Origin: Escherichia phage vB_EcoM_CRP22
Length of the DNA stretch: 64,000 nt
Sequence record: OQ708377.1
Strand: one strand, 5' to 3'
The notes below the pieces were generated by a model. That model made no database searches and was not told the DNA's origin. It saw only the letters and a list, made by a program, of their open reading frames with translations. The position numbers were made by a program, and so were the translations under genes. Shown piece by piece: positions 62,652 through 64,000 of this stretch; the stretch's first letter is position 1, and the number at the start of each line of letters is the position of its first letter.

Positions 62652-62900
62652 ATGGCAACTATCCGCGCAATTGTAAATTCTTATGGCTGCTACACTCTGG
62701 ACGTTAAATTTGATATTGGTGGGACTGATGAGTGTTTCGAACTGGTGAAGACAGTCATTAAACAAGTTATCCCAGACTATAACCCCACTGATGACTTCTG
62801 GAAAGATGCCGTAAAAGAGGCGTTGAACGATGAATATCATTACCATTACTGGGGTGACTTGATTGTCTCCCTATACTACAGCAAACAAGGTTACAACTAA
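62652..62900 (+). CDS. early-region protein
   Basis: 82 aa; last gene before the 1.1 kb non-coding region. Confidence 0.4.
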   Translation: MATIRAIVNSYGCYTLDVKFDIGGTDECFELVKTVIKQVIPDYNPTDDFWKDAVKEALNDEYHYHYWGDLIVSLYYSKQGYN

Positions 62901-62936
62901 TCGACGCAACGGGGCTAAATAGCCCCAGATACCTTC

Positions 62937-62990
62937 AAAGCCCCTTTATATTGATTCGATAGAATCTATCTCATAGGGGCTTTTTTATGT
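62937..62990. terminator. long hairpin (AAAGCCCC...GGGGCTTT) enclosing palindrome GATAGAATCTATC, followed by T-run
   Basis: 8-bp GC-rich stem arms at 62937-62944 and 62976-62983; TTTTTTAT after; palindrome at about 62958-62970 with a second degenerate copy at about 63038-63050. Confidence 0.45.
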
Positions 62991-63329
62991 CTTATCAAAT
63001 CCTTTCCCTTTCCAGAATCTATCCCACTAATTCGATAGAACCTATCTCATACCTTAAAAGGCAATAACTCTATAGCTTACTCTATAGCCCCTTATCAAAT
63101 CAACTTAAATATAAGCCCATAACCCCAGAAAGGGGATGGCCTCTTATTGGTATTGTTACCAATCCCCTAAAACGCTCTATAAAGCTCTATAACAGCCTTA
63201 TCAACCTAACTTAAGGGATTGCATTAACTCACCTTAAAAAGCTCTTTACAGGGCTTTATAGAGGCTTAAAAGAATCTTATAAGGTTATAAGCTTTATTAT
63301 CTCGTTAGCTATCTTGTGAACTACTAAAA

Positions 63330-64000
63330 AGGGGCTTGTTAGTGTCTTAAAAGTATGTTATAGGGGCTATAAAGTTACTTCAAAGTTACGTAAAAGAAGC
63401 TATAAAGTTACGTAAATGCTAGCCCCCTTAACATCTTCTTAACAAATTCTTAACAATACCTACATAGTTATGCTTGTTAGAGACTTGTTAGCCCCTTGTT
63501 AAATCTCTGTTAAAACCACGTAAAAGCTTTGTAAGAGTCTTTGACATAGCCTTAAAAGCTCCTGTAAAGCCTTATAAATAGGTGTCTGTATAGTTGGGGT
63601 GTAATTACTAGGAAGAGGTTTAAAAGAGCTTACAAGGAGCTATAGAGAGCTTTTAAAAGGGCTATTTAGAGAATCACTAAGAGGGAAAGGGAACGATAAG
63701 AAAGAGATAGTGACCATGTTAATAGCTTGTTAAAAAGATTAAACACTTGTTAGGAACTTGTTAATTATCTTAACAAAATAACTCTTAAAAATTAACTTGT
63801 TAGCTCTTGTTAGTCATCCGTTAAGACGCTGTAAAGCCCATGTAGCAACTGTTAAGAACTTGTTACAGCCTTGTTAGTTCTGTTAAGAGTCTGTTAAGAC
63901 CTCTGAAGAGATGTTAAGAGGATGTAATAGCTGTTAAGAGATTGTTAAGGATATTTTAAAATTCTGCAAAGGGGATGTTACAGGGATGTTAAGGGCTACC
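63330..64000. repeat. dense array of short (C/T)TGTTA(A/G) motifs in ORF-free DNA
   Basis: More than 20 copies, e.g. 63850, 63860, 63871, 63880, 63890 spaced about 10 bp apart; no ORF of 60 aa or more on either strand from 62901 to window end. Confidence 0.6.

Overview
This window reads as a contiguous segment of a large virulent tailed-phage genome (AT-rich, densely coding, modular). No integrase, rRNA, tRNA or CRISPR array was recognised. The gene content (contractile-tail module, td-frd, nrdAB/nrdDG, NAD genes, rIIA-like protein, many homing endonucleases) resembles Felix-O1-like myoviruses, but that placement is inference only. Layout: (1) 1-15.4 kb, + strand, myovirus-type tail module: putative sheath, tube, a chaperone pair with a -1 slippery heptamer, tape measure, baseplate proteins, and two His-rich tail fibres. 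(2) 16-25.3 kb, - strand: thymidylate synthase, DHFR, ATP-dependent DNA ligase, an HNH-AP2 homing endonuclease and a family-A DNA polymerase. (3) 25.5-56 kb, + strand, replication and nucleotide metabolism: dNMP-kinase-like protein, T7 gp4-like primase-helicase, SSB-like and gp6-like exonuclease, class I RNR (nrdA/nrdB/nrdH-like), and class III RNR nrdD split by a group I intron carrying an HNH endonuclease, then nrdG. It continues with a PRPP-synthetase-like plus NAMPT-like pair (candidate NARP1-type NAD+ reconstitution), an rIIA-like GHKL ATPase, an SLT-like transglycosylase, an overlapped Rz/Rz1-like spanin pair and a macro-domain protein. (4) 56.1-62.9 kb: a repeat-rich regulatory region followed by about 15 small genes, each preceded by one of two conserved hairpin-containing intergenic modules and a near-identical ribosome-binding region. 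One of these small proteins has an ADP-ribosyltransferase-like YHGT N-terminus. (5) 62.9-64.0 kb: a 1.1 kb ORF-free region with palindromes and a roughly helically phased array of TGTTAAG/TTGTTAG motifs. The strongest candidates for something new are the NAD+/ADP-ribose theme (Adps/Namat-like pair, macro domain, ART-like early protein) and the repeat-punctuated early-gene array. All functional calls rest on motif recognition by eye; no database search was run.
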